IMG/VR virus record: IMGVR_UViG_3300048783_000050
Coordinates: 1 to 60,959 of that record
From: a virus
Lineage: Duplodnaviria; Caudoviricetes
Length of the DNA stretch: 60,959 bases
Direction: 5' to 3' (one strand)
Numbering within the stretch: position 1 is the first letter of the stretch; each line of letters opens with the position of its first letter. A model generated the notes under the pieces. It searched no databases. It saw only the letters and a program-made list of their open reading frames with translations, and was not told where the DNA came from. Below are positions 44,699 through 52,683 of this stretch, piece by piece. The translations under genes were made by a program, and so were the position numbers.

Positions 44699-45132
44699 GC
44701 ACGAACGGAACAGCCCTGGACGGGGTGGAGGAGCAGCGCGAGCGGCTGACGGCGGAGCGGTTGGTGGAGATCGAAATGCGGCTGGCCGCAGCGACGCCCC
44801 GCCCCTGGCGGCTCGGTTTCGCGAATGGGGGCGACGTGTGGCAGGCGACCTTGAAGGGGCACGAGGACGAACGCACGCACATCGCCTACACCGGCCTGGA
44901 CACCGACCCGCGGCACGCCGCCGACGCGGAGTTCATCGCGCACGCTCCGGACGACGTGGCGGTTCTGCTGGCGGAGGTGCGGCGGCTCGAAGAGGTGAAC
45001 GGGCGACTGTGGCAACGGAACTTCCAGGCGACAACTGAGGCGGGCTGGTTGCGCGACCGCGCGGCGGAACACCGCATCGCGCTGCCCGATCCGCCCGCCG
45101 CTCCTCCCGAACCGGATCCGTTGCTGTCCTGA
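44695..45132 (+). CDS. Ea22/ead-like protein
   Basis: LAAATPRPW..DAEFIAHAPDDVAVLLAEVRRL. Confidence 0.7.
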   Translation: MSTNGTALDGVEEQRERLTAERLVEIEMRLAAATPRPWRLGFANGGDVWQATLKGHEDERTHIAYTGLDTDPRHAADAEFIAHAPDDVAVLLAEVRRLEEVNGRLWQRNFQATTEAGWLRDRAAEHRIALPDPPAAPPEPDPLLS

Positions 45133-45181
45133 CACCCAGGGTCCCTGCGGGGACCCTGACCACACGAGACCGGAGCCGGGA

Positions 45182-45403
45182 ATGAGCGACAGACTGGAGC
45201 GGAGCGCGGACGAGCGGCACGACGGCGCCGACGCGGACGAGGTGGTGGAGGCGGTCGTCTCCGCGCTGGACCGCGTGGCGGACCTGGCGAGCGCGGCGCT
45301 GATCGGGCACACGCACGCGCAACTGCTGGAAACCCTGGCGGAGATCAGCGAGCGGGCGTCCGCCGGGCTTGAGCGGTACGATGCTGCCCGGTCGCGAGGC
45401 TGA
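45182..45403 (+). CDS. Hypothetical protein
   Basis: GGAG RBS after hairpin spacer. Confidence 0.55.
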   Translation: MSDRLERSADERHDGADADEVVEAVVSALDRVADLASAALIGHTHAQLLETLAEISERASAGLERYDAARSRG

Positions 45404-45467
45404 ACCGACCTCCAGGCGCACCCCTCCCGTGGGGGTGCGCCTCCACCCTCACGATGTAGGAGCAACC

Positions 45468-45872
45468 ATGCCGGACGAAGTGCGGGGGCCGTGGGGCCGC
45501 GAGAAGGACGCCCGGATCGCGGAGAAGGTTTTCGGCTGGACGCGGCACGCCAACGGCCGGACCACGGAAGTAGGGGAGGCCCGGGTGGACTGGTGCTTCG
45601 CGTGGGTGCCAGAGCGGTTCAACGGTGACGTGACGCACCGGCACCGGCTGCCGCACTTCTCCCGCTCGGCCGACGCCGACTACTCGGTGCTGGAGCGAGT
45701 CCGCGACTCCTGGGACGGCGCGCGGCTGGCACACTTCGGCCGCGCCCTCTCGGCGCTGTGGGCGCAGGATTCCGACATGGCCACTGCGGGGCTGGACGCC
45801 CTCAGCTACCGCGTGGGCGACTACTCCCGCGCCGCCCTCGCTGCACTGGAAGTAGAGGCCCGCGCCACCTGA
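45468..45872 (+). CDS. ABA-sandwich-like protein
   Basis: GREKDARIAEKVFGW..LPHFS..SRAALAAL. Confidence 0.65.
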   Translation: MPDEVRGPWGREKDARIAEKVFGWTRHANGRTTEVGEARVDWCFAWVPERFNGDVTHRHRLPHFSRSADADYSVLERVRDSWDGARLAHFGRALSALWAQDSDMATAGLDALSYRVGDYSRAALAALEVEARAT

Positions 45873-45952
45873 AGCGTATCCGTTCCCGGCGTGTCTCCCT
45901 CCACCTCCGGAGGGGACACGCCCACGAACCCAACCTGAGCAGGGGAGATGAA

Positions 45953-46168
45953 GTGGCGGAAGACGAGCAGGCGGCCGACGAGTGGGCTCGTTCTGCGCTT
46001 CGGCGCGCCGGGTCTCATGTGATGCATGTCGAAGAGGGCCTTAGGGATTCCGCCGAGAAGCGGGAACGAGAGGCAACGGGGCCGTCGAAACCCTTCTGGA
46101 CAGCGCGGGTCGCGGCGCATGATGCACAGGCGAAGGCCATGTCGCGGCTCCTTGCCAAACTCGGCTGA
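45953..46168 (+). CDS. Hypothetical protein
   Basis: GTG start after GGAG; follows hairpin spacer. Confidence 0.45.
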   Translation: MAEDEQAADEWARSALRRAGSHVMHVEEGLRDSAEKREREATGPSKPFWTARVAAHDAQAKAMSRLLAKLG

Positions 46169-46227
46169 TTCCCGACCCCCGGGCGCCCGCAGAGAGGGCG
46201 CCCCCACCCCGACCTCGCGCGAAGAGA

Positions 46228-46500
46228 ATGGCCCCTTACCCGAAGAGCCTGAACGAGAGGCAGCGCCTTACGCTCGACCTGCTTGAGCACCTGATGGAGG
46301 CTCGCACCGTGGCTGCTCGCCTTGCCGGCGTGCTGGATGCTGGCGCCCTCGCCGCGGAGCAGCGCGAGGCGGCCCGCCGTAGAGGAGAACGGAGAGATCG
46401 CCGCCGTGGAGCTGCTGCGCTCGTTCGCCGCCGACCTGCGTGGACTGCGAACTGTGGCCCCTGGAGCCGCTGGACGAGAACGAGCGGCCGGCGGGGTAGA
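46228..46500 (+). pseudogene. Probable frameshifted hypothetical gene
   Basis: Protein-like, GC3-biased reading switches frame near 46374 and again near 46440. Confidence 0.35.
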
Positions 46501-46769
46501 CTGGAAACTCGCCGCGGGAGCCGGGCCCGCAAAGGACAGGACTGGGACCGGTACGCGCGTGCGGTAGAGCCATTCGAGCGACGGCCTCTGTCCACCAGCT
46601 GCTCTGCCGCATGCGTTGCGGCCCCGCCCGGGATCTCCGGTGCGGGGCCGCTCGCGTGTCCGCCGCTCTGTCCAACTGCAACCCCGCGCCCGATACGTAG
46701 TTGCGCGATTCCGGGCGGAAGTCTTGTCCCTGCGCCCGTCCAGTGATGTGTCCCACCTGCAGGACCCTG

Positions 46770-46991
46770 CTACATCCCCGCGCTCACCCCGTCGCACACC
46801 TCCATCGCCGCCCGGTGCAGCTCCACCCGCCCGGCGTCCGTCGTGTCCACCTGGAGGCGGGCCCGGAGGTCGTCGTACGCCGAGCAGACGGCGGCCATGC
46901 GGATGCGCTCCTCCCGGGCGGCGTCCTCCTCCGTGGCGGGGGGCTGGCAGCTTGCCAGCAGGAGGAGCAGGGCGAGGCGGCCGCCTTTCAC
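46770..46991 (-). CDS. Small lipoprotein
   Basis: MKGGRLALLLLLAS|C lipobox. Confidence 0.7.
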   Translation of the reverse strand: MKGGRLALLLLLASCQPPATEEDAAREERIRMAAVCSAYDDLRARLQVDTTDAGRVELHRAAMEVCDGVSAGM

Positions 46992-47467
46992 CTCCGGCCT
47001 TCCAGTTCCGCGAGGCGATCCAGCGTTTCCATGTGCGCCTGCACGTACGGCGGAACGCTCCGGGCGGAAGCGCTTTCGCTGCCCCAGTTCTGGAGCTTGG
47101 ACCTGCCGACCGCCAGCCGCCGCCCCAGTGCCGTGACGTTACCGCCGTGGCGCTCCACCCAGGCGCGCACCGCGGCAGCGGACCACCCATCCCCGGCCGG
47201 GAGCGCATCGCCCAGGGCTTCGCCGGTCGCGTGCGCGAGAATGCGCTGCACCACGAAGATTCGGCCCTCCGGGATCGCGCCGTTCCGCAGGAGCGTCTGG
47301 AGCCCACGCACGTCCGACTCCCGGATGGCCGGCCCGGGTCGCTCATCCTCAGCGGCGGCGATGGACTCCAGCAGCCGCATGCATCGGCTTCGGTAGGCGG
47401 GCGATTCCCCCTGCTCCCAGGCCATGGCCGCCCGCATGAGGCGCCGCGCCTCGCTATCCTCACGCAT
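46988..47467 (-). CDS. Protein with C-terminal HTH
   Basis: GGNVTALGRRLAVGRSKLQNW..VPPYV. Confidence 0.65.
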   Translation of the reverse strand: MREDSEARRLMRAAMAWEQGESPAYRSRCMRLLESIAAAEDERPGPAIRESDVRGLQTLLRNGAIPEGRIFVVQRILAHATGEALGDALPAGDGWSAAAVRAWVERHGGNVTALGRRLAVGRSKLQNWGSESASARSVPPYVQAHMETLDRLAELEGRR

Positions 47468-47834
47468 TGGCCACCACCTCGTAGCCGTTCGGCTGCCGCA
47501 CGCGACCGACCTGAAGCGCCACCGCCTCGACCTGTTCCCGCGTCGTTGAAAGGTGCGGCGCCTCCGTGGCCAGGTGAAGGAGGACGTGCGAGATGAGCAG
47601 GCTGGCGTTCCCCACCTCGGTACCCACGACCGCCCGGATCGCCCCGGCAACCTGCTCGTCCGTCGCGGGGCGCGGGGCGCGCCAGACGTAGCCGGCGAGG
47701 TTGTCCACGGTCGCACGCGCCAGCCAACCGGCGTCACGCTGGCGCTTGGCCTCGGCCTTCGCCGCCTCCAGGGTGCCCGTCTCGATGTACAGCTCGTAGG
47801 TGGTGCCGCTGATCGTGCGGGTGGTCGCGGTCAT
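47460..47834 (-). CDS. Hypothetical protein
   Basis: AAGGAG RBS, downstream of consensus promoter. Confidence 0.7.
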   Translation of the reverse strand: MTATTRTISGTTYELYIETGTLEAAKAEAKRQRDAGWLARATVDNLAGYVWRAPRPATDEQVAGAIRAVVGTEVGNASLLISHVLLHLATEAPHLSTTREQVEAVALQVGRVRQPNGYEVVANA

Positions 47835-47909
47835 GGCTCGACTCCTTCAGTGGCCCCTGAGATCCGCCGGGGCCGCTCGCGGGATGGAACGACCGTCCAT
47901 CTACACGAC

Positions 47910-47963
47910 AGTATAGGGTCGGGCTTGCCATTTGTCAAGGGATTGCCTATTGTGTATTGGCAA
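47910..47963 (-). promoter_or_regulatory. Near-consensus leftward promoter with inverted repeats
   Basis: TTGACA(47938)-17-TATACT(47910); imperfect palindromes CTTGCCATTTGTCAAG and TTGCC-N11-GGCAA. Confidence 0.8.
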
Positions 47964-47993
47964 CCTGCAAACCCTCCGTCCGTGGAGATCCGT

Positions 47994-48524
47994 ATGAATG
48001 GCTTGAGTGAGACCAGAGAAGCAGTCCGCGCCTGGCGGGAGCGCGACCCCGAAGCGTCCGTAGCGGAGATAGCCCGCGGGTTGAAGGTGTCGAGACAACG
48101 CGTGTCGCAACACCTGCAAGCGCTCCGACTACCGGGTCGGACGCGCCGCTCAAATGCGACGCAAGGCCCCCGCGGGCGCCCCCCGGAGGAGATGATTCGT
48201 CCACGCGTGCGCACGGGCGGGGTAGACGTTCCCGTCAGCGCCGTTACGGCGGGCACAATTTCGGAACTCCTTGTTGCAGCCGATCTCATGGCGCGTGGCT
48301 ACGTAGTTTACTTCCCTCTGATGAAACGTACGGCCCACGTTGACCTGATTGCCACCCCGAGCAATCCGGATCGGTTACCCCTGCGGATTGAAGTGAGATC
48401 GGGGACAATCGGTGCGCGGGGGCAGGTGCGATACGCGAAGAAAGCGGACAGCCGGGCCGACCACCACGCCGTAGTCATGACTGGCGAGCCGGTCCACTAC
48501 AAACCCGAACTGCCGTCGGCTTGA
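47994..48524 (+). CDS. HTH fused to PD-(D/E)XK endonuclease-like domain
   Basis: SVAEIARGLKVSRQRVSQHL; GTISELLVAADLMARGY..VDLIA..RIEVRS. Confidence 0.75.
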   Translation: MNGLSETREAVRAWRERDPEASVAEIARGLKVSRQRVSQHLQALRLPGRTRRSNATQGPRGRPPEEMIRPRVRTGGVDVPVSAVTAGTISELLVAADLMARGYVVYFPLMKRTAHVDLIATPSNPDRLPLRIEVRSGTIGARGQVRYAKKADSRADHHAVVMTGEPVHYKPELPSA

Positions 48525-48716
48525 GCACCCCATTGGGCACACTGTCAAGCGTGATGATTCGCGGGTTGGTGGCCACCCCCGGGTCCGGCCTCATCCGTGC
48601 CCGCCCGTGTCCCAGGATCGGGCGGCGGGGGTCGCGTCGGCGTTCTCGGCCGGCGCCGGGGGTGCCGCGGAGAGAGTGTCGGCGCGCCGGCGGGAGAACT
48701 TCAGCGGCGCGCGTCC

Positions 48717-48926
48717 TCAGTCGGGCCGCTTCACGATCGTGCAGCTCCGGATCCCATCCCCTCGGTCGGCCGGAAAGCCGTGCGTTCCGCTGCCCAGCGT
48801 CGGGCGCCAAGACTTGAAGGTGTAGCCGTTCTGCTGCGCCGCTGCCTCCGCGGCGTCCCGTGCGTCGCTCTCGCGCGAGAACGGACCCTCCTCCTCGCCG
48901 CCTTCCCATTCGATCCAGTAGGGCAT
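48717..48926 (-). CDS. Small hypothetical protein divergent from peptide gene
   Basis: AAGGA RBS; MPYWIEWEGGEEEGPF.. Confidence 0.55.
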   Translation of the reverse strand: MPYWIEWEGGEEEGPFSRESDARDAAEAAAQQNGYTFKSWRPTLGSGTHGFPADRGDGIRSCTIVKRPD

Positions 48927-49089
48927 CGTCGTTCCTTGTGCCGGTGGGTAGTGTCCGCTCCCATGCGGACCCGTAGCGTGGAGTCGCCTACGGAGTGCTA
49001 GCAAATGTCCGCTCAAGGGCCTACATTTCGGGGCGGTCCGGGGCCCCTACCCCCGGACCGTAGCTGTTCCCCCACCCTGGAGATTTCCC

Positions 49090-49320
49090 ATGAAGACCCT
49101 GCTCCGCACCTTGCTCGCCACGGCGGCGAGCCTGGCCTCGCTGTTCGTGCTGGCCGCCTGCCTGGACTCGACGAACCCGGTGACGGCGCCGGCCGATCCG
49201 ACGCGCAGCACCTCCGGCGACACGGTGAAGGCGCCGAGTGGCGGCGCGACGACCAACACGTGCGCGCCGTGCAAGGATGGCAACGGGACCATCGGGAGCA
49301 CCGGCTACATCTGCTGCTAG
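49090..49320 (+). CDS. Small lipoprotein/pro-peptide with Cys-looped C-terminus
   Basis: GGAG RBS; signal peptide with LAA|C at Cys24; S/T/P/G linker; CAPCKDGNGTIGSTGYICC. Confidence 0.8.
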   Translation: MKTLLRTLLATAASLASLFVLAACLDSTNPVTAPADPTRSTSGDTVKAPSGGATTNTCAPCKDGNGTIGSTGYICC

Positions 49321-49341
49321 GGAGTCGCGGACGGGGAGCGT

Positions 49342-50700
49342 TCAGCCGGCCCGAGCCTCCCCGACCGCGAACATCCGGACGACGGCCGCGGCGAATGCCT
49401 CCACATCGTCGGACACCGCGCGGCTGAAGTACCTCACCCCCTCCTTTTTTGCGGCCTGGTCAAGCAGGGGCGCCGCCTCTCGCTCCACGTCCACCTCCCC
49501 CAATTCAGCGGCGAGTGCCAGAGCGTGGCTCGCTGCCCGCCAAGCCTCGTCCCACGCCCCGCGCGCATGCGCAGCGTAGGCGAGGTTCAAGTACGTCTGG
49601 GCGGTTCGGCAGGACCGGGGCAGAGCAGCGCTCAGTTTCCATGCCTCAGAAGCGTAGCGGATTGCAGTCTCTTCCATCCCCCCGCACGCCGCCGCCCTGG
49701 CCGCCGTGCTTCCCACCAGCATCCTCAATTCGTCTGCGTGAAGGTGTGGCAGCACGGCGCAGAGGATCGTAACGGCCGGCGCGAAGTTCCCCTGTTGTGT
49801 CCAGAGGTAGCCAACATCAGCCACGAGGTGAATCCGGTCGACGTCGTCAGAGTCGTACAGCTTAAGTGCGCGCCCGGCCAGCGCGTACGCCGTGGTACCG
49901 TCTTCCAGCTCGATGGCGATGGTGGACAGGTCGTAGAGGGCGCGGGCGAGTGTCACGCGCAACCGATGGTGTTCGGCCAACCCGATGGCTGTCTGAAGGT
50001 GCTTACGCGCGCGATCGAAAATTCCTCGGTACCGAAACACCTTACCGAGCGCGACCCGAGCGTCGGCGTGGACTTGGTGGTTCTTCCGCGCTTCCGCCGC
50101 GGCGATGGACCAGCGCAGGAAGCGCTCGGCGTCACCGTACTCGCCATACGTCCGCGCATGATGCCCAAGGCTGTACGCGAACGCCTCAGGGTCGCGCAAG
50201 GAGGGCAGGGGCGGCCCTGAGTAGGGCCGGAGCCGCGGCTCCCCCGCCGCCGACAGGAGAGAGAACGACGCGTGGAGGCCAGGGAGAACTAATCCGGCGT
50301 AAGCGGCGTCGGCGGCGCGCAAGGCTTCCCAAAGCGCCAGTGGGTTGACGGGCGGACGCGCCGGGCCGACACCTCGCACGCAAAGGAGCCAGGCTGCAAA
50401 CAGCAGGCAGGGCTCGCGATCCGAAGACGGTTTGCCACTCAGGAGCGCCCCTACTTCGACCACCAGGAAGAAGTCACGCACGAGCTGGTCGAGCCCAAGG
50501 CGCGTAAAAATGTCCTGGTGGCCGTCGAGGCCCCTCAGGCCGCGCGCACCCACCCCCTCCATCCCAGCGAGGGGACGGTCGCGAATGTCACAAGCGGCTA
50601 TGAGATCGGCGATCGCATCATCGGACTCCGTGCGCGCGAGAAGCAGGTGCGCGCGTTCAATGAGGGTCTGAGCCAGTCGGGTCGTTCGGTGTGGCGTCAT
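49342..50700 (-). CDS. Tetratricopeptide-repeat protein (RRNPP-receptor-like architecture)
   Basis: Repeated helical units: LGHHARTYGEYGDAERFL, ALGKVFRYRGIFDRARKHL, VGYLWTQQGNFAPAV, NLAYAAHARGAWDEA. Confidence 0.85.
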   Translation of the reverse strand: MTPHRTTRLAQTLIERAHLLLARTESDDAIADLIAACDIRDRPLAGMEGVGARGLRGLDGHQDIFTRLGLDQLVRDFFLVVEVGALLSGKPSSDREPCLLFAAWLLCVRGVGPARPPVNPLALWEALRAADAAYAGLVLPGLHASFSLLSAAGEPRLRPYSGPPLPSLRDPEAFAYSLGHHARTYGEYGDAERFLRWSIAAAEARKNHQVHADARVALGKVFRYRGIFDRARKHLQTAIGLAEHHRLRVTLARALYDLSTIAIELEDGTTAYALAGRALKLYDSDDVDRIHLVADVGYLWTQQGNFAPAVTILCAVLPHLHADELRMLVGSTAARAAACGGMEETAIRYASEAWKLSAALPRSCRTAQTYLNLAYAAHARGAWDEAWRAASHALALAAELGEVDVEREAAPLLDQAAKKEGVRYFSRAVSDDVEAFAAAVVRMFAVGEARAG

Positions 50701-51139
50701 TGCGTGCTGCGGCGGCCTTCAGCCTGCGGGTTTGGATTCGCGCGAGCTTCGCGAGCTCGTCGGGGTCGAGTGGAGCCTCGCCATCGCGCCCCATCAACGC
50801 GTACTCCTGAGCAACAAGGAACTTCTCGCGTAACGTCAGCTCCGACGCAAGCCCCTCCGCCCCTCCCCCATCTACAACGTCCCTCACGAGTCGCCGCACC
50901 CGATCAGCCTCGATCGCCGGTGCAGACGTCTTCTCTCGGTGGAACTTCTCAAGCACTTCGTGGCCGCCGCGCAGCGCGATCCGGCGGCCACGTTTCGCCG
51001 ACCGCATCCACTCCGAGATCGTGGTCTGGTGGATCTCCCCGTTCAGCCGCTTGGATGCTTCGGGCGACAACCAGCCCTCTTCCTCGCAGTAACCGACGAA
51101 CCACCCGACGAAGTCGAAAGTGGGTCTGTTCTTGACCAT
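50657..51139 (-). CDS. Putative immunity repressor (N-terminal HTH, no S24 peptidase domain)
   Basis: SPEASKRLNGEIHQTTISEW; divergent from cro-like gene across an operator. Confidence 0.6.
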   Translation of the reverse strand: MVKNRPTFDFVGWFVGYCEEEGWLSPEASKRLNGEIHQTTISEWMRSAKRGRRIALRGGHEVLEKFHREKTSAPAIEADRVRRLVRDVVDGGGAEGLASELTLREKFLVAQEYALMGRDGEAPLDPDELAKLARIQTRRLKAAAARNDATPNDPTGSDPH

Positions 51140-51151
51140 TCACCAAGGGGG

Positions 51152-51204
51152 TTGCGCTTACGCTTAAGCGTAAGTAGATTGGCAGAAGTTCGCACGGTGC
51201 GAAC
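51152..51204 (+). promoter_or_regulatory. Rightward early promoter with perfect 18-bp operator
   Basis: TTGCGC-17-TAGATT; CTTACGCTTAAGCGTAAG at 51157-51174; second palindrome GTTCGCAC-G-GTGCGAAC at 51188-51204. Confidence 0.85.
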
Positions 51205-51237
51205 AGTACGCACCCGCCAATATGCCCGGAGCGCAAC

Positions 51238-51480
51238 GTGGATAGCAAGACTCTCGTTGGCCTGGTGACCGAAGCCGAGCGGACTGAGGGCTACCTCAGC
51301 ATGCGCCGGACGATGGAGGTTCTTCCAGGCGTGACCCACCCGGGAAGCGTGGCCCGCATCGCGAAACGGCTGGAGTGGGACTCCCGGCTGAACGGGGGCT
51401 CGCGCGAGTACGACCTGGAACAGGTGCTAGCCGAGCGCGAGCGCAGGCTGGAAGACGCCGAGCCGGCAGGTGTCGCATGA
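51238..51480 (+). CDS. Cro/Xis-like small DNA-binding protein
   Basis: YLSMRRTMEVL..SVARIAK..GGSREYDLEQV; first gene of rightward operon. Confidence 0.65.
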   Translation: MDSKTLVGLVTEAERTEGYLSMRRTMEVLPGVTHPGSVARIAKRLEWDSRLNGGSREYDLEQVLAERERRLEDAEPAGVA

Positions 51481-51741
51481 TCCCCGCCCGGCGTGACCCG
51501 GCCGTAGCGGTCTGCTGCGGGAACCGGGATCAGACGTTTCCCACCGGGAAGACTACACCCTCCGCGAACGGCGCGGAAGGGACCATGAAAGGTACGGATG
51601 TTTCCGCCCCTCCTGTCCGCATCGGCCTGGCCGAGCGGCGGTACGCGGAGCGCCTGGACAGGATGCCCGGCGTCACCCGGATCTGGCCGCCGCTGGCGGA
51701 TCGGAGGTCCTGGTGAGCGGGCTTCTCACGGGGTCGAACTG

Positions 51742-52044
51742 ATGGGCGCCCCCTCGCGCCACCGCGCCCGCGCAGCCGCCGCCGTGGGCCGCGCACGGAC
51801 CGCGATGATCCGCGCCTGCTGGGCGCTGAAAGAGGAGGGCGGCGCCGCGCCCGTCGCTGGAGAGACGCCGGACACGGCCGGGCTCCTCGCCCGCGCTCTG
51901 GAGATCAGGGAGGCGCTGGGATCGCTGGACCGCGCCCTCTGCGGCATCGCGGAGTGTCCGCCCGCGGCCCTCGCTCCCTACTCCGGCCCGCACACCGAAG
52001 AGCCGGACGACCCGCGCTTCTGGCAGCGTGGGGAGGCGCTGTAG
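51742..52044 (+). CDS. Hypothetical protein
   Basis: ORF in operon; start uncertain. Confidence 0.45.
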   Translation: MGAPSRHRARAAAAVGRARTAMIRACWALKEEGGAAPVAGETPDTAGLLARALEIREALGSLDRALCGIAECPPAALAPYSGPHTEEPDDPRFWQRGEAL

Positions 52045-52046
52045 CC

Positions 52047-52517
52047 ATGCCGCGCGCAAACATCGACTACAGCGTACTGGGGATCCCCAAGCCCAGCGGG
52101 AAAAAGCGGAAGCCGCTCCGCGTGACGGGGACGCTGCGCACCTACAAGCCGCTCTCGCCGCGGAACGAGGAGCGCCACGCCGCCCGGCACGAGGAGCTGT
52201 TCGGCGAGCAGGCCGCCGCTTGCCGCACCCTGCCCTGCGCCGCGTGCGGCTGGACGCCGGGGGCCTTCCAGCAGTGCGACCCCCACCACGAGCCGCCTGT
52301 CTCCCTGGGCGGGACCGACCGGGACGCCGTACCGCTCGGGCCCTCGCCCGCGCGCGAGGGGCGCGGCTGGGGCTGCGGGTGCCACGAGAAGCGCCACGAG
52401 ACCACGGCCGAGGAGTTCTGGTCGGACGTCTGCCTGGACCCGGAGGACGTGAAAGAGGGCGTGCGCGAGTGGATGAGCTCGCCCGCGTACCTCGCCACGC
52501 ACCGGAGGAGCGCGTGA
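52047..52517 (+). CDS. HNH-like nuclease (DUF968/Ref-like)
   Basis: LPCAACG..DPHH..GG.DRDAVPL..CGCHEKRH. Confidence 0.75.
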   Translation: MPRANIDYSVLGIPKPSGKKRKPLRVTGTLRTYKPLSPRNEERHAARHEELFGEQAAACRTLPCAACGWTPGAFQQCDPHHEPPVSLGGTDRDAVPLGPSPAREGRGWGCGCHEKRHETTAEEFWSDVCLDPEDVKEGVREWMSSPAYLATHRRSA

Positions 52518-52683
52518 CCCGGCGCACCCGTACCCCTGGCGAGGTCGTGCTCGCCCGCCGCGCCCGCTTCGAGGCGGCGGCGACGCGCTACCTGCCTGCC
52601 GGCGACGCCCCCGCGCCTGCTGGCGCCCCGGTCGTTCCCCCGACCAGCGCTGTTCCTGCTCCTGGTGCTGGCGAGGTGGCCGC

